DNA of 23,383 nt from an uncultured Aquificales bacterium. GTDB lineage: Bacteria > Thermosulfidibacterota > Thermosulfidibacteria > Thermosulfidibacterales > Thermosulfidibacteraceae. The translations under genes were made by a program, and so were the position numbers. Each line of letters opens with the position of its first letter. Position 1 is the stretch's first letter. The stretch covers positions 24,015-47,397 of the forward strand of contig CAYVOC010000008.1 of NCBI GenBank assembly GCA_964453345.1, read 5' to 3'. Below the pieces are notes generated by a model. It saw only the letters and a list, made by a program, of their open reading frames with translations. It ran no database searches and had not been told where the DNA came from. Below are positions 9,598 to 19,756 of the stretch, piece after piece.

Positions 9598-10756
9598 AAC
9601 CACCTCCCGCAATTCTTTCCAAGGCATCAAGGGCATATTCAACCTGATCAAGGGTGTTGAAAACACCAAAGGAAAACCTCACCGTCCCAATAGGAAAGGT
9701 CCCCAAGGCCCTGTGGGCCCAGGGAGCGCAGTGCAACCCGGGCCTTGAGGCTATCCCGTATTCCGTATCCAGAATGCGGGCAACCTCGGCCGGGTCCATC
9801 CCCTCAATGTTGAAGGATACCACCGCCACCCTGCGATCCCACAGGCATCCACCGTAAAGGACAAGCCTCTTAATGGAAGAAGCCCCCTCAACAAAGGCCC
9901 TGAGCAGTTCCAGCTCATGCCTCCTTATTCCTTCAATTCCCCTGTTCCTGATCCAGTTGATAGAGGCCAGAAGTCCGGATATTCCATGCATATTGAGGGT
10001 TCCGCTCTCGTGGGAGTCCGGCAAAAAGTCAGGCTGCTCATCGCTTTCGGAGTTGCTGCCCGTCCCCCCTCTAAGAAGAGGCTCAAGCCTGTATCCCTCG
10101 GGCAGATAGAAACCTCCAGTTCCCTGAGGACCGAGAAGCCCCTTGTGCCCGGTGAAAAATGGAATCACATTGTCGAAATCCGACAAAGAAAAGGGATACC
10201 CACCTAAGGTCTGGGTGGTATCAAGAACAAGCGGAACAGGCCTGATCTTTAAGGCAACCTCCTCAAAGGGGGTCACAGCTCCAGAAACATTGCTGGCATG
10301 GTTCACGAAAACGGCTATGGTTCTGCCATCCACCAGCTCCAGAATATCCGCAGGATCAACCATTCCGTCGGGACCACATCCAACCACCCTCAGCTCCACC
10401 CCACAAACCCTGCACCAGAAGCGAAGGGGCCTTGCAACGGCGTTGTGCTCAAGGGCGGTAGCCACCACATTGCCCCCCTCCTTCCCCCAGAGAAGCCCAA
10501 AAACAACGTGATTTGCAGCCTCTGTGGCGTTCTTCGTAAGGACGATCCTTTCAGGATCACCAACCCCTAAAAGCTCCGCAAGGGCTACTCTACAGGAAAA
10601 GAGCGTTCTTGCAGCCTCAACCGCCAGCCTGTGTCCAGATCTTCCCGGATTTGCCCCAACACCTTTCCCGTAACGGGAAACCGCCTCCCACACCACATCC
10701 GGCTTCGGATAAGAGGTCGCCGCATTGTCAAAGTATACAACGGAACTTTTCATCAT
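9587..10756 (-). CDS. Cysteine desulfurase / selenocysteine lyase family PLP enzyme (aminotransferase class V)
   Basis: '[12 protein letters not shown]', 'EHNAV', '[11 protein letters not shown]', 'GGTGS', catalytic 'GLHCAP'; start moved to ATG 10756. Confidence 0.9.
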   Translation of the reverse strand: MMKSSVVYFDNAATSYPKPDVVWEAVSRYGKGVGANPGRSGHRLAVEAARTLFSCRVALAELLGVGDPERIVLTKNATEAANHVVFGLLWGKEGGNVVATALEHNAVARPLRFWCRVCGVELRVVGCGPDGMVDPADILELVDGRTIAVFVNHASNVSGAVTPFEEVALKIRPVPLVLDTTQTLGGYPFSLSDFDNVIPFFTGHKGLLGPQGTGGFYLPEGYRLEPLLRGGTGSNSESDEQPDFLPDSHESGTLNMHGISGLLASINWIRNRGIEGIRRHELELLRAFVEGASSIKRLVLYGGCLWDRRVAVVSFNIEGMDPAEVARILDTEYGIASRPGLHCAPWAHRALGTFPIGTVRFSFGVFNTLDQVEYALDALERIAGGGYAG

Positions 10757-10958
10757 ACACCGCCACAGGTTTGAGTCCATGGAGCGCCTCAAGCGCCGCA
10801 TCAAGGCTTCCGTAAAGCCTTACGCACAGACCACACTCGCTGGATATGGCCTTGGGAACGGGGACGATCTCGTATCTAAGTCCAGAGCCTTCAAGCAGGC
10901 TGTCCGCCCTCATGACCTGAGTGGAGCTCTTAAAGATGAGATAATAGCACCCCATCAC
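10728..10958 (-). CDS. DUF3343 family putative Se/S carrier small protein
   Basis: 'F.S...vMrAd..L', '[17 protein letters not shown]' signature; context with desulfurase-yedF-selD. Confidence 0.8.
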   Translation of the reverse strand: MMGCYYLIFKSSTQVMRADSLLEGSGLRYEIVPVPKAISSECGLCVRLYGSLDAALEALHGLKPVAVYDEKFRCIL

Positions 10959-11012
10959 AGGGATGGGGTTTAAATTAAAGAGAGCTATTTTTCAAATTGA
11001 GGATTCAGAATA

Positions 11013-11029
11013 AATGAGCAGCGCTCATT
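11013..11029. repeat. Perfect palindrome AATGAGC-N3-GCTCATT (candidate operator or weak terminator)
   Basis: Directly visible in the AT-rich spacer between the M23 gene and the Se operon. Confidence 0.55.
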
Positions 11030-11044
11030 AGATATGGCAAAAGC

Positions 11045-12238
11045 TCAATGCAAACCGCCCTTCCCAAGCCCGAGAGCGGCCACCTTCTCCTCAAGCACGC
11101 TGAGCTGGGCCTTCACATACTCAAGGGCCTTGCCTCTTATTCTCTTCCTAACCACCCTGTATCTCTTATACTTGGCGTGCCTTCTTAGAAAGGTAAGGGG
11201 ATTCACAAACCTGCCGTTGACCTTGATCCTGAAATCAAGATGGGGACCTGTGGCAAGCCCCGACATGCCAACATAGCCTATAACCTGTCCCTTCTTAACC
11301 CTCTGACCGACCCTGAGACCGGAAGCGTATCTGCTCATATGGGCATACTGGCTTATTATACCGCCCTTGTGCCTTATCTTAACGGTTCTGCCATACCCCC
11401 CTATCCATCCCTTCCATATAACCACACCGTCAGCCACGCTCCTTATGGGGGTTCCCATGGGCGCCGCATAATCCACGCCCAGATGGGGCCTGACTATCCC
11501 CAGTATGGGATGCCTCCTATGCCAGGTGTATCTGCTGGATATGCGCTTATACCTCAAGGGAGCCCTGAGCCAGCCGGCATCTATGGGAGATGCAAGGAAG
11601 GTTCCCGTGAGGGAGTATCCCTTGGAATCGTAGTAGGCACCCTTATAATACACAGCATCCGCCCTAACCACCCTGCCCACATACTTGGCCACAAGGATCT
11701 TCCCGTATCTCGCATTCCCGAAGGAGTCCTCAAGATACTCGCACACAAAGGCGTAGTAGTCGCCAGGTCTCGTCCAGGTGTGGAAGTCTATCCTGTGCCT
11801 GAAGATGCGCACAAACTGATAGGCCACCCTCCGATCACCGGTCTTCTCATAGATGGAGTAAAAAACAGAATCACCGCTTTTAAGAATCCCGTAGATAAAG
11901 CGCTTCTCCACCTTAACCGAAAGCTTTTCTTTTTTAACGGTTATCCTTCTAAGATCAACCGTATAGACCCTGCCCACATCCGCCGGAAATATCACATACA
12001 GAGGAACCCCCTTCTCCCACCTTATCACATACTTGGTTCCGGGGGTCAGGCGGGATAAATCTTCATACTTTGATAGGGCGTTGGCGACAAGTATGGCCTC
12101 ATCCCTGCTTATATCATGGGCCACGAGGGAATCCACAAGGTTCTCGCCCTTCTTTATAACAACCCACCTATCCTCGGCCCGGACAGCCGAGGAAAAGAGC
12201 AGAATCAACCCAAACAGGAATATCGCCCTTTTAAGCAC
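11045..12238 (-). CDS. M23 family peptidoglycan DD-metalloendopeptidase (MepM-like)
   Basis: Signal peptide ending AVRA, 'HLGVDYAA' (HxxxD), 'YAHMS', 'TGPHLDF'; GTG 12238 preferred over 12244 for SD GGAGG spacing. Confidence 0.92.
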   Translation of the reverse strand: MLKRAIFLFGLILLFSSAVRAEDRWVVIKKGENLVDSLVAHDISRDEAILVANALSKYEDLSRLTPGTKYVIRWEKGVPLYVIFPADVGRVYTVDLRRITVKKEKLSVKVEKRFIYGILKSGDSVFYSIYEKTGDRRVAYQFVRIFRHRIDFHTWTRPGDYYAFVCEYLEDSFGNARYGKILVAKYVGRVVRADAVYYKGAYYDSKGYSLTGTFLASPIDAGWLRAPLRYKRISSRYTWHRRHPILGIVRPHLGVDYAAPMGTPIRSVADGVVIWKGWIGGYGRTVKIRHKGGIISQYAHMSRYASGLRVGQRVKKGQVIGYVGMSGLATGPHLDFRIKVNGRFVNPLTFLRRHAKYKRYRVVRKRIRGKALEYVKAQLSVLEEKVAALGLGKGGLH

Positions 12239-12265
12239 CCTCACCTCCAGAAATCAAACCGTTTT

Positions 12266-12294
12266 AGCTTAACAGTGTGAAGATTTCCTGTCAA
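12266..12294 (-). promoter_or_regulatory. Sigma70 promoter of the M23 peptidase gene
   Basis: Minus strand TTGACA (12294-12289), 17 nt spacer, TAAGCT (12271-12266) with extended -10 TG. Confidence 0.7.
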
Positions 12295-13067
12295 CAAAAC
12301 TCCACCCTGACAGAGGCATCTGTATCGCCCACAAGGTCCGCAGCGCTGCCCATATAAACGAATATCTCAAGATGACCGAAGCTGTCCACTATAGCGCAAA
12401 GCCCCCTGCCCCTACCCTCTTCAAAGGAGTCAACCGGGCCGAAAACATCGCGGCTCCCCAAGGTTATTTTCGCAACGGTTCCTCTCTTCAGGTGCTCCTC
12501 CTGAATGGAGGTTATAATGTTGCCGAAGCTGTCAACGGCCACAACCTCACCCTCAATCCAGTTTCTTCCCTGGACCACCTTGGGTTTCGGGATCAACACC
12601 ATCTCCTCCATTTTCTCGGCCAAAGAGAGCACAGGCAACCCCAAGGATAAAAGGGCCGCAACGGGGGCAAAGATATCTCTTCCGTGAAAGGTCTTGCTCA
12701 CAGGCTTCAGAAAGAAGGTATCGTCAACGACCTGAAACAGATTATCACCCTCCTCATACAGATAGGAGAGCACCCCGTTATCGGGAGCAAGAAAGAGGGT
12801 TCTGCCCTTCTCAAGCAGGACTATGCGCCTATCTGTTCCAACCCCCGGATCAACAACCACCACATGGATGGCATCCTCGGGAAAGAACCTGTAAGATTTA
12901 GCAAGAATAAAGGCAGCCTCCCGAACATTCCCGAATCCAACGGTGTGGGTGAGATCGACAACCCGGGCCCCGGGATTGATGCTGTGTATAACCCCCTTCA
13001 TAATGCCCACAAAGCAGCTTGCGGCACCGAAATCGGTTGTGAGGGTTATCAGCCTTGCAGCCTCCAT
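12291..13067 (-). CDS. DUF62 SAM hydrolase (SAM-dependent chlorinase/fluorinase superfamily)
   Basis: 'ITLTTDFG', 'VVDPGVG', 'APDNG', 'TFHGRDIF', 'DSFGN'. Confidence 0.92.
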   Translation of the reverse strand: MEAARLITLTTDFGAASCFVGIMKGVIHSINPGARVVDLTHTVGFGNVREAAFILAKSYRFFPEDAIHVVVVDPGVGTDRRIVLLEKGRTLFLAPDNGVLSYLYEEGDNLFQVVDDTFFLKPVSKTFHGRDIFAPVAALLSLGLPVLSLAEKMEEMVLIPKPKVVQGRNWIEGEVVAVDSFGNIITSIQEEHLKRGTVAKITLGSRDVFGPVDSFEEGRGRGLCAIVDSFGHLEIFVYMGSAADLVGDTDASVRVEFC

Positions 13068-14494
13068 ACGGTGGTTCCATCGGGTCTATCCTCAAGCACT
13101 ATACCCTTGCTTTTAAGATAATCCCTTATCTCATCGGCCCTCTTGTAATCCTTAGCCTTTCTCGCCTCGGCCCTTTCGGCAACGAGCCTCTCTATCTCCT
13201 CCTGGGGCAAGGGCAATGTGGCATCAGCCCTGAACCAGCTTGAGGCCGGATGCTTCAGTATCCCGAAGACATCCTGCACATCCCTCAGAAAATCCTTGAA
13301 TTTGCCCGCCACATACGCCTTCTCCCCGGCTGAGGCCCCGCTTCTGTCAACGAATCTGTTAAACACCCTGGAGGCCTCAAAGACCTTCCCCAGAGCCAGG
13401 GCCGTGTTCATATCGTCATCCATGGCATCGTAGAAATCCCTGCGAAGGGCGTTGAGCTGCTCCAGAACCGCCTCTGCCTCCGAAGAGATCCTCTCCGACG
13501 CCGGCTCCTTCTCAAGCTCTTCCACCTTCTCCTTGCTTCTGTAGAGCCTGTTTAGGGACTCCTTCTCCCTGTCCAGCTCGTCAAAGGAAAACTCTATGGG
13601 ACTTCTGTAGTGGGTCTTCAGCAGAAAGAGCCTCAACACCTCCGCATCCCATCTGCTGAGTATGTCCCTGATCAGAACAATGTTGCCCAAGGACTTGCTC
13701 ATCTTCTCCTTGCCGATTCTGACAAATCCGTTGTGTATCCAATAGATAACGAAGGGCTTACCCGTTGCCCCCTCGCTCTGGGCTATCTCGTTCTCGTGGT
13801 GGGGAAATATAAGGTCCATTCCCCCGCCGTGTATGTCAAAGGTCTCCCCCAAATACTTCATGGACATGGCCGAGCACTCTATATGCCATCCGGGCCTGCC
13901 CTTGCCCCAGGGGGAATCCCACCAGGGCTCTCCGGGCTTGGCTGCCTTCCAGAGGGCAAAGTCTAAAGGATCCCTCTTCTTCTCGTCCACCTCTATTCTG
14001 GCTCCCGCCATCATCTCCTCTGTGGTTCTACCGGAAAGTTTGCCGTATTCGGGGAATTTACTGACGCTGTAGTAAACACTGCCCTCCACCTCGTAAGCTA
14101 TCCCCTTCTCTTCGAGCCTCCTTATAAGATCTATCATATCCTGTATGTGCTCGGTGGCCCTCGGCTCTATATCGGGCCTCAAGGCCCCAAGGGCGTCCAC
14201 ATCCTGGTAAAAGGCTTCAATAAACCTTTCCGCTATCTCCTTGGCGCTGACACCCTCCCTGTTGGCCCTGTTGATAATCTTGTCATCCACATCAGTAAAG
14301 TTTCTCACATAGGTCACATCAAAGCCCTTTTTCTTCAAATACCTGTAGAGGGTGTCAAAGACCAGAATTGAACGGGCATGCCCTATATGGCAGTAATCGT
14401 AAACGGTAACACCGCAGACATACATTCCCACCCTGCCCGACGCAAGCGGCTCAAATTCCTGCTTTTTCTTCCCAAGAGTGTTATAGACCCTCAT
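13049..14494 (-). CDS. cysS: Cysteine--tRNA ligase
   Basis: '[13 protein letters not shown]', '[10 protein letters not shown]', 'FPHHENE', 'KMSKS'; start ATG 14494 (TGATG overlap) or GTG 14497. Confidence 0.98.
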   Translation of the reverse strand: MRVYNTLGKKKQEFEPLASGRVGMYVCGVTVYDYCHIGHARSILVFDTLYRYLKKKGFDVTYVRNFTDVDDKIINRANREGVSAKEIAERFIEAFYQDVDALGALRPDIEPRATEHIQDMIDLIRRLEEKGIAYEVEGSVYYSVSKFPEYGKLSGRTTEEMMAGARIEVDEKKRDPLDFALWKAAKPGEPWWDSPWGKGRPGWHIECSAMSMKYLGETFDIHGGGMDLIFPHHENEIAQSEGATGKPFVIYWIHNGFVRIGKEKMSKSLGNIVLIRDILSRWDAEVLRLFLLKTHYRSPIEFSFDELDREKESLNRLYRSKEKVEELEKEPASERISSEAEAVLEQLNALRRDFYDAMDDDMNTALALGKVFEASRVFNRFVDRSGASAGEKAYVAGKFKDFLRDVQDVFGILKHPASSWFRADATLPLPQEEIERLVAERAEARKAKDYKRADEIRDYLKSKGIVLEDRPDGTTVWRLQG

Positions 14495-15549
14495 CACTTC
14501 GCTCCCTCTTTCTTGATCTTGTAGATCTCATCAAAGCAGTCAAAGAAGACATCAACGAGCTTGGGATCAAAGGCCTTGCCCCTCTCCTCCTTTATCATCT
14601 TGAGCACCCGATCCACATCCATGGCCGGTCTGTAAATCCTGTCAGAGGTGCATGCATCGAAGAAATCCACTATGGAGCAGATCCTGCCCTCCAGAGGTAT
14701 CTCTTCCTCCTTAAGCCCGTAGGGGTAACCCTTCCCATCCCAGCGCTCGTGATGGGTCAAAGCAACAGCTTCGGCCATCCTCATAACCGGGTGCTCTCCC
14801 CCCTTAAGTATATCGGCACCTATTATGGTGTGCCTCTTCATTATCTCAAACTCCTCAGGGGTGAGCTTTCCGGGTTTGAGCAAAATCCTATCGGGAACGC
14901 CTATTTTACCTATATCGTGCATGGGAGTGGCATACTCAATGTGCCTCACCGTCTCCTCATCAAGATCAAGGGCCCTTGCCAGAACACCGCACATCTTGCC
15001 AACCCTTCTGGTGTGCTCACCGGTCTCATCATCCCTGTATTCAGCGGCCCTTCCCAAACGCTGAATAAGCTCAAAGTAGGCCTCGTCAAGCTTCCTGTAG
15101 GCCTCCCTCAGCTCCTTCGTCCTTTCCTCAACCTCGTTCTCAAGCAGACTGCTGTAGTCCCTAAGAAGATCACTGTATCTCTTCAACTTCATAAGGTTCT
15201 GGACCCTTAAGAGGATCTCGTTTTTGTCGAAGGGCTTTGTGATAAACTCATCGGCTCCGGCGTTAAGCCCCTCAAGCTTGTGCCCAAGATCCCCGAGGGC
15301 CGTCACCATAACAACCGGGATGTTAAAGGTCTCAGGGTCAGACTTGAGCCTTCTGCAGGCCTCAATACCGTTCATTATGGGCATGATTATATCCATGAGA
15401 ATAACATCGGGCTTATGCTTCTTCGCCTTCTCTATGGCCTCAAGCCCGTTTTCGGCCTCAATCACCTCGCAACCGGCCCCCTCAAAGACCAATCTCACAA
15501 GCTCCCTGTTCACTCCCTCATCATCAACCACAAGAACCTTCGGCTTCAA
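14494..15549 (-). CDS. Response regulator with REC and HD-GYP domains (RpfG-like cyclic dinucleotide phosphodiesterase)
   Basis: REC 'VLVVDD', 'LMDIIMP', 'TKPF'; 'HDIGK', '[11 protein letters not shown]'; TTG start at 15549 with SD GGGAGGT. Confidence 0.92.
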   Translation of the reverse strand: MKPKVLVVDDEGVNRELVRLVFEGAGCEVIEAENGLEAIEKAKKHKPDVILMDIIMPIMNGIEACRRLKSDPETFNIPVVMVTALGDLGHKLEGLNAGADEFITKPFDKNEILLRVQNLMKLKRYSDLLRDYSSLLENEVEERTKELREAYRKLDEAYFELIQRLGRAAEYRDDETGEHTRRVGKMCGVLARALDLDEETVRHIEYATPMHDIGKIGVPDRILLKPGKLTPEEFEIMKRHTIIGADILKGGEHPVMRMAEAVALTHHERWDGKGYPYGLKEEEIPLEGRICSIVDFFDACTSDRIYRPAMDVDRVLKMIKEERGKAFDPKLVDVFFDCFDEIYKIKKEGAK

Positions 15550-15644
15550 AACAACTACCTCCCATTGCTTTAGGTTTTGCACCCTCAGTTCTTGTTGTCA
15601 ACCAAGCTGTAAAGCTATAAATATTCCCGGCGGGAGGTGTGGCA

Positions 15645-16043
15645 ATGCATATTCTTGAGGTGAGAACATCAAAAAGGGAAGAGCTGGTCGATATAACCCG
15701 CAGGGTGGAGGAGGTGGTAAGGGCTTCAGGAGTAGAAAGAGGCATATGCTTTCTGCATGTTCCCCACACAACCGCCGGCATAACAATAAATGAACACGCC
15801 GATCCCGACGTGGCAAGGGACATGGAGGATACGCTATCCAAACTCGTTCCCCAGAGTCCGCACTACCGGCACGTTGAGGGAAACGCCGACTCCCACATAA
15901 AAACCTCCCTAATGGGCTGCCAGACCTTCGTCTTTATCGAAAAGGGAAGACTTCTTCTCGGCACCTGGCAGGGGATATTCCTGTGCGAGTTTGACGGGCC
16001 CAGAACCCGAAGGGTTTACATAAAGATACTGGAGGAGAAATGA
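15645..16043 (+). CDS. yjbQ: YjbQ/UPF0047 family protein
   Basis: '[10 protein letters not shown]', 'NADSH', 'LGTWQGIF', 'EFDGPR'; SD GGGAGGT 15632-15638. Confidence 0.93.
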   Translation: MHILEVRTSKREELVDITRRVEEVVRASGVERGICFLHVPHTTAGITINEHADPDVARDMEDTLSKLVPQSPHYRHVEGNADSHIKTSLMGCQTFVFIEKGRLLLGTWQGIFLCEFDGPRTRRVYIKILEEK

Positions 16044-16807
16044 TGCACCCCTTTGACAGGCTGGTTGATATAATGCACCAGTTGAGACAGAAGTGCCCCT
16101 GGGACAGAAAGCAGACAAGGGAAAGCCTGAAACCCTACCTCATCGAGGAAGCCTACGAGGTCCTTGATGCCATAGAGAGCGGGGATCCGGAAAAGCTGAA
16201 AGAGGAGCTGGGCGATCTTCTGCTGCAGGTGGTCTTTCACGCAGAGATCGCAAAAGAAAGGGGAGAGTTTGACATCTACCAGGTGATAGAGTTTCTGTGC
16301 AACAAGCTGATCTACAGGCACCCCCATGTCTTTGGCGACGTTAAGGTAAAGGATGCAGAGGAGGTCCTCAGGAACTGGGAAAAGCTCAAAAAGAAGGAGA
16401 AAAACCATAGGGGATCCGTGCTCGACGGCGTTCCCAAGGATCTACCCGCCCTTATACAGGCCTTCAGATTACAGGAGAAGGCTTCAAAGGTGGGCTTCGA
16501 CTGGGAAAGCGTTGAGGGGGTAAAGGCCAAGGTGGAGGAAGAGTGGCAGGAACTCCTCAAAGCCATGGAGAAGGGAGATCCAAAGGCCATTGAGATGGAG
16601 CTGGGCGATCTGCTCTTTGCCATTGCCAATATGGCAAGGTTTCTGAATGTTGATCCCGAAAGCGCCCTCAGAATGTGCAACGCCAGATTCAAGGAGAGGT
16701 TCTCCTTCATAGAAAGGGAGCTGCAAAAGGAAGGCAAAAGCCCCGAGGATGTCTCCCTTGAACACCTCGACAGACTGTGGGAGGAGGCCAAGAAGAAGGT
16801 GGGGTAG
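16040..16807 (+). CDS. mazG: Nucleoside triphosphate pyrophosphohydrolase MazG (tandem domain)
   Basis: 'CPWDRKQT', 'EEAYEV', two 'ELGDLL' motifs, 'RHPHVF', 'VGFDW'. Confidence 0.96.
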   Translation: MMHPFDRLVDIMHQLRQKCPWDRKQTRESLKPYLIEEAYEVLDAIESGDPEKLKEELGDLLLQVVFHAEIAKERGEFDIYQVIEFLCNKLIYRHPHVFGDVKVKDAEEVLRNWEKLKKKEKNHRGSVLDGVPKDLPALIQAFRLQEKASKVGFDWESVEGVKAKVEEEWQELLKAMEKGDPKAIEMELGDLLFAIANMARFLNVDPESALRMCNARFKERFSFIERELQKEGKSPEDVSLEHLDRLWEEAKKKVG

Positions 16808-17058
16808 CTCAAAAGATCATAGCAATAGCCATAGCGGCCTTTTTGCTTAATCTTCCCTTTGGATGGATAAGGCCCAGATACCCCAAATTCTCAGCGGGCT
16901 GGTTTCTGTGCATCCACGCCCCCATACCCGTGGTAATATTCCTGAGACTGAGCACGAAGACCCCTTTTAAGTTCGTTCCCATATTTGTGGCAACCGCCGT
17001 TGCCGGACAGATCGCCGGTTCAAGGCTATCAAAAATCAAAAGGGAGGAGCAGCGTTGA
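16777..17058 (+). CDS. Small hypothetical membrane protein (about 3 TM); start uncertain
   Basis: '[24 protein letters not shown]' hydrophobic pattern; fills the gap in an overlapping operon. Confidence 0.7.
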   Translation: MGGGQEEGGVAQKIIAIAIAAFLLNLPFGWIRPRYPKFSAGWFLCIHAPIPVVIFLRLSTKTPFKFVPIFVATAVAGQIAGSRLSKIKREEQR

Positions 17059-17324
17059 GGATAACCAAGGCCTACATAATGCAGACCGCCCTTTCCATGC
17101 TGGACAACAGATACAACCCATCAAGGGAGGACATGAAAAGGGCAGCGGGCAGAACCGTGTGGAAGCTGGTCAGAGACGAAGGGGCGGACATAGAGGAGAT
17201 GCTCTCCTGCTTAGGGGTCGAATTTGATTACGAAGAAAGCCTTGAATCAAAGATAGACAAACTCCTCTGGCAGGTCTTTGCAGAAATAGTGGTCCACATA
17301 GACAAGGAGAAGGCAAGATGGTGA
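17055..17324 (+). CDS. Hypothetical 89-aa soluble protein
   Basis: TTG start with SD GGAGGAG; TTGA overlap with upstream stop; overlaps the pncB start. Confidence 0.7.
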   Translation: MRITKAYIMQTALSMLDNRYNPSREDMKRAAGRTVWKLVRDEGADIEEMLSCLGVEFDYEESLESKIDKLLWQVFAEIVVHIDKEKARW

Positions 17325-18682
17325 ACCCGAACTTCGGATTTATAACGCCGGAAAACATAGCCCTTCTGGTTGACCTTTATGAACTCACCATGGCCAACAG
17401 TTACTTCAAAAGGGGCATGAACCAGAAGGTCGTCTTCGATCTTTTTGTCAGAGACATACCCGAGTGCAGAAACTTCTATGTAGCGGCAGGCTTAGAACAG
17501 ATACTCTACTACCTGAGCAACATAAGATTCACCAAGGAAGCCATAGACTACCTGCGCAGCCTGAAGCTCTTTTCCGAGGATTTTCTGAACTTCCTAAAGG
17601 ACTTCAGGTTCACAGGCGACGTGTATGCCATGAGGGAAGGAGAGATATTCTTCCCCTTGGAACCTGTCATAAGGGTGGAGGCACCCAGAATAGAAGCCCA
17701 GATAGTAGAAACCTTCCTGCTAAACACCTTCAACTTCCAGACCGCCATAGCATCCAAGGCCGCCAGGGTCGTAATAGCGGCCAAGGGAAGGGGGTGCGTA
17801 GATTTTTCGCCAAGAAGGGATCACGGAACAGATGCCGCACTGAAGGTGGCGAGGGCCTCCTACATAGCAGGTTTTCTGGGAACCTCCTGCGTCGCTGCCG
17901 GTATGGAATACGGCCTTCCGGTTTTTGGAACCATGGCCCACTCCTACATCATGTCCTTCCCATCTGAACTTGAAGCCTTCAGAGCCTTCGTTGAGGACTT
18001 CCCCAACAACTCCGTCCTCCTCATAGACACCTACGACACCATACAGGGCGCCAAAAACGCCATAATAGTGGCAAAGGAGATGGAGAAAAGGGGTCTCAGG
18101 CTTCGCGGAGTGAGAATAGACTCCGGCAACCTGGAAGAGGATGCCACAAGGGTCCGAAAACTTCTCGATGAAGCCGGGCTGAATTACGTAAAGATCTTCC
18201 TTTCAGGCGACTTGAACGAATACAAGATATACCACCTCGTCAAGGACGGGGTTCCGTGCGACTACTTCGGCGTGGGAACCGAGATGGGAGTATCAAAGGA
18301 CGCTCCGGCCTTGGGCGGGGTTTACAAACTCGCCCAGGACGAGACGGGGCCTCGCATCAAACTATCCAAGAAGAAGGTCACCCTTCCCGGCATAAAGCAG
18401 GTGTATAGGATATACAGAGGCTCCCGAATGGAAAGGGACATTATAGCCCTTGCAGACGAAAGGATCAAAGGCGAACCCCTCCTCTGCAGAGTGATAAAAA
18501 ACGGAGAGATCTGCAGCGACATCCCCTCCCTGAGCCAGGTAAGGGAATACTTCCTTCAGAAACTCCACCTCCTCCCGGAAGAACTCAAAAGCATAGAAGA
18601 GCACCATCCATACCCCGTTGACATAACCGACAAGCTCAGAGGCTTAGTAGAGGAACTGAAGAAAAAGTATTTGCGCAATTGA
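17318..18682 (+). CDS. pncB: Nicotinate phosphoribosyltransferase
   Basis: '[10 protein letters not shown]', 'DFSPRR', 'GTMAHS' (phospho-His), 'LIDTYD', 'VRIDSG', 'GVYKL'. Confidence 0.93.
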   Translation: MVNPNFGFITPENIALLVDLYELTMANSYFKRGMNQKVVFDLFVRDIPECRNFYVAAGLEQILYYLSNIRFTKEAIDYLRSLKLFSEDFLNFLKDFRFTGDVYAMREGEIFFPLEPVIRVEAPRIEAQIVETFLLNTFNFQTAIASKAARVVIAAKGRGCVDFSPRRDHGTDAALKVARASYIAGFLGTSCVAAGMEYGLPVFGTMAHSYIMSFPSELEAFRAFVEDFPNNSVLLIDTYDTIQGAKNAIIVAKEMEKRGLRLRGVRIDSGNLEEDATRVRKLLDEAGLNYVKIFLSGDLNEYKIYHLVKDGVPCDYFGVGTEMGVSKDAPALGGVYKLAQDETGPRIKLSKKKVTLPGIKQVYRIYRGSRMERDIIALADERIKGEPLLCRVIKNGEICSDIPSLSQVREYFLQKLHLLPEELKSIEEHHPYPVDITDKLRGLVEELKKKYLRN

Positions 18683-18708
18683 CAATGCGGAAAAAAACAA
18701 AATAAAAT
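18679..18708 (+). promoter_or_regulatory. Sigma70 promoter, likely producing a leaderless mRNA
   Basis: TTGACA (18679-18684), 18 nt spacer, TAAAAT (18703-18708); ATG only 7 nt downstream and no SD. Confidence 0.7.
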
Positions 18709-18715
18709 TTTCAAC

Positions 18716-19756
18716 ATGAAAAGAGGCTTGTTTTTCATCCTGACGCTGGGTTTGATACTATCCGCGGGTATCTCCCTTGCCCAGGAGAAGGTGGGAGAAA
18801 TAGCCGCCGTTGAGGGCAGAGCCTACATAAAACCCACCAAATCAGCCAGATGGCAAAAGGCCACCAAAGGAACGCCCGTCTTTTCAGAAAGCATCCTGAG
18901 AACCTCCAGACACTCGCGAATGGCCGTCGTTTTCAAAGATGGAAGCAGGCTCGTTTTGGGAGATATGACCATAGTATCAGTAGAAAAATTTTTGCTCAAA
19001 AAACAGAAGCGCAGGATCAACATATTCATATTTAAAGGCAAAATAAGGAGCATTGTAGCCCCCTTCAAGGGGCTTTCCAACATACAGGTAAGGAGCCAGG
19101 GTGCAATAGCAGGGGTAAGAGGAACAGAATTTGTTCTTTACCATAAGCCCCCTGTAAACATCATCTATACTGTCAGAGGGAAAGTGCAGGTGGCATCCCC
19201 CGCAGCCCCAACGGTCCACATCACAAAAGCAGACCAGATCACAGAGAACACCCAGGGAAGAGGTTTCATAGCCCCGGATAAGGTCCCGGAAAAGATAAAG
19301 GAAGCGATAGAGCTTCTCCTCAAATCCACAGCCACGAGGGCGCCGATAAATTGGGCAGAAAGCGGAAAGCTCCCCCAGATACTTGCAAGATGGAATATAA
19401 ACTACGGCAAATACCTCATAGACAAGAAAAGATTTTCAGATGCCCTCGAAGTCTTCCAGATAGCCCACGATTTGACCCAGAATCCGGAACTGAGAGCAGA
19501 AAGCCTCGTGTGCAAGGCCAATGTTTATGCAAGGTTCATCAAAGACTATCCAAAGGCCGCCTACGAATACAGAAAAGTCCTAACCTATTACCCTGAAACA
19601 GGTTATGCGGAAACCGCACTTTACCAGCTGGGGATGCTGTATGTTGAAACCAACCGCAAACAGGCAGCAAGAAAGATTCTTGAAAGATACCTCATCCTCT
19701 ATCCCGAAGGCAGATACGTGAAGAGCGTTGAATCGCTCCTGAAGCGCATTAGATGA
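18716..19756 (+). CDS. Exported FecR-domain protein with C-terminal TPR repeats
   Basis: Signal peptide (..ISLA/QE), FecR-like 'RT...SR..VVFKDGSRLVLG' and 'AGVRGTEF'; TPR-like helices 'AETALYQLGMLY', 'YPEG'. Confidence 0.82.
   Translation: MKRGLFFILTLGLILSAGISLAQEKVGEIAAVEGRAYIKPTKSARWQKATKGTPVFSESILRTSRHSRMAVVFKDGSRLVLGDMTIVSVEKFLLKKQKRRINIFIFKGKIRSIVAPFKGLSNIQVRSQGAIAGVRGTEFVLYHKPPVNIIYTVRGKVQVASPAAPTVHITKADQITENTQGRGFIAPDKVPEKIKEAIELLLKSTATRAPINWAESGKLPQILARWNINYGKYLIDKKRFSDALEVFQIAHDLTQNPELRAESLVCKANVYARFIKDYPKAAYEYRKVLTYYPETGYAETALYQLGMLYVETNRKQAARKILERYLILYPEGRYVKSVESLLKRIR

Noticed and set aside
12275-12292. GTGTGAAGATTTCCTG as a Rex or CRP site
   Set aside because: Only one half-site matches
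12264-12293. DUF62 gene ends Cys-TGA, suggesting Sec readthrough
   Set aside because: No convincing hairpin follows, TAA occurs a few codons later, and the sequence is explained by the TTGACA promoter element
15590-15625. Divergent promoters between the REC-HD-GYP gene and yjbQ
   Set aside because: TTGACA/TTGTCA hexamers are present but no convincing -10 at proper spacing, so no specific call is made
4517-16807. dgt, mazG, thpR and NAD enzymes as an anti-phage defence island
   Set aside because: All look like canonical housekeeping versions embedded among core genes, with no mobile or defence markers
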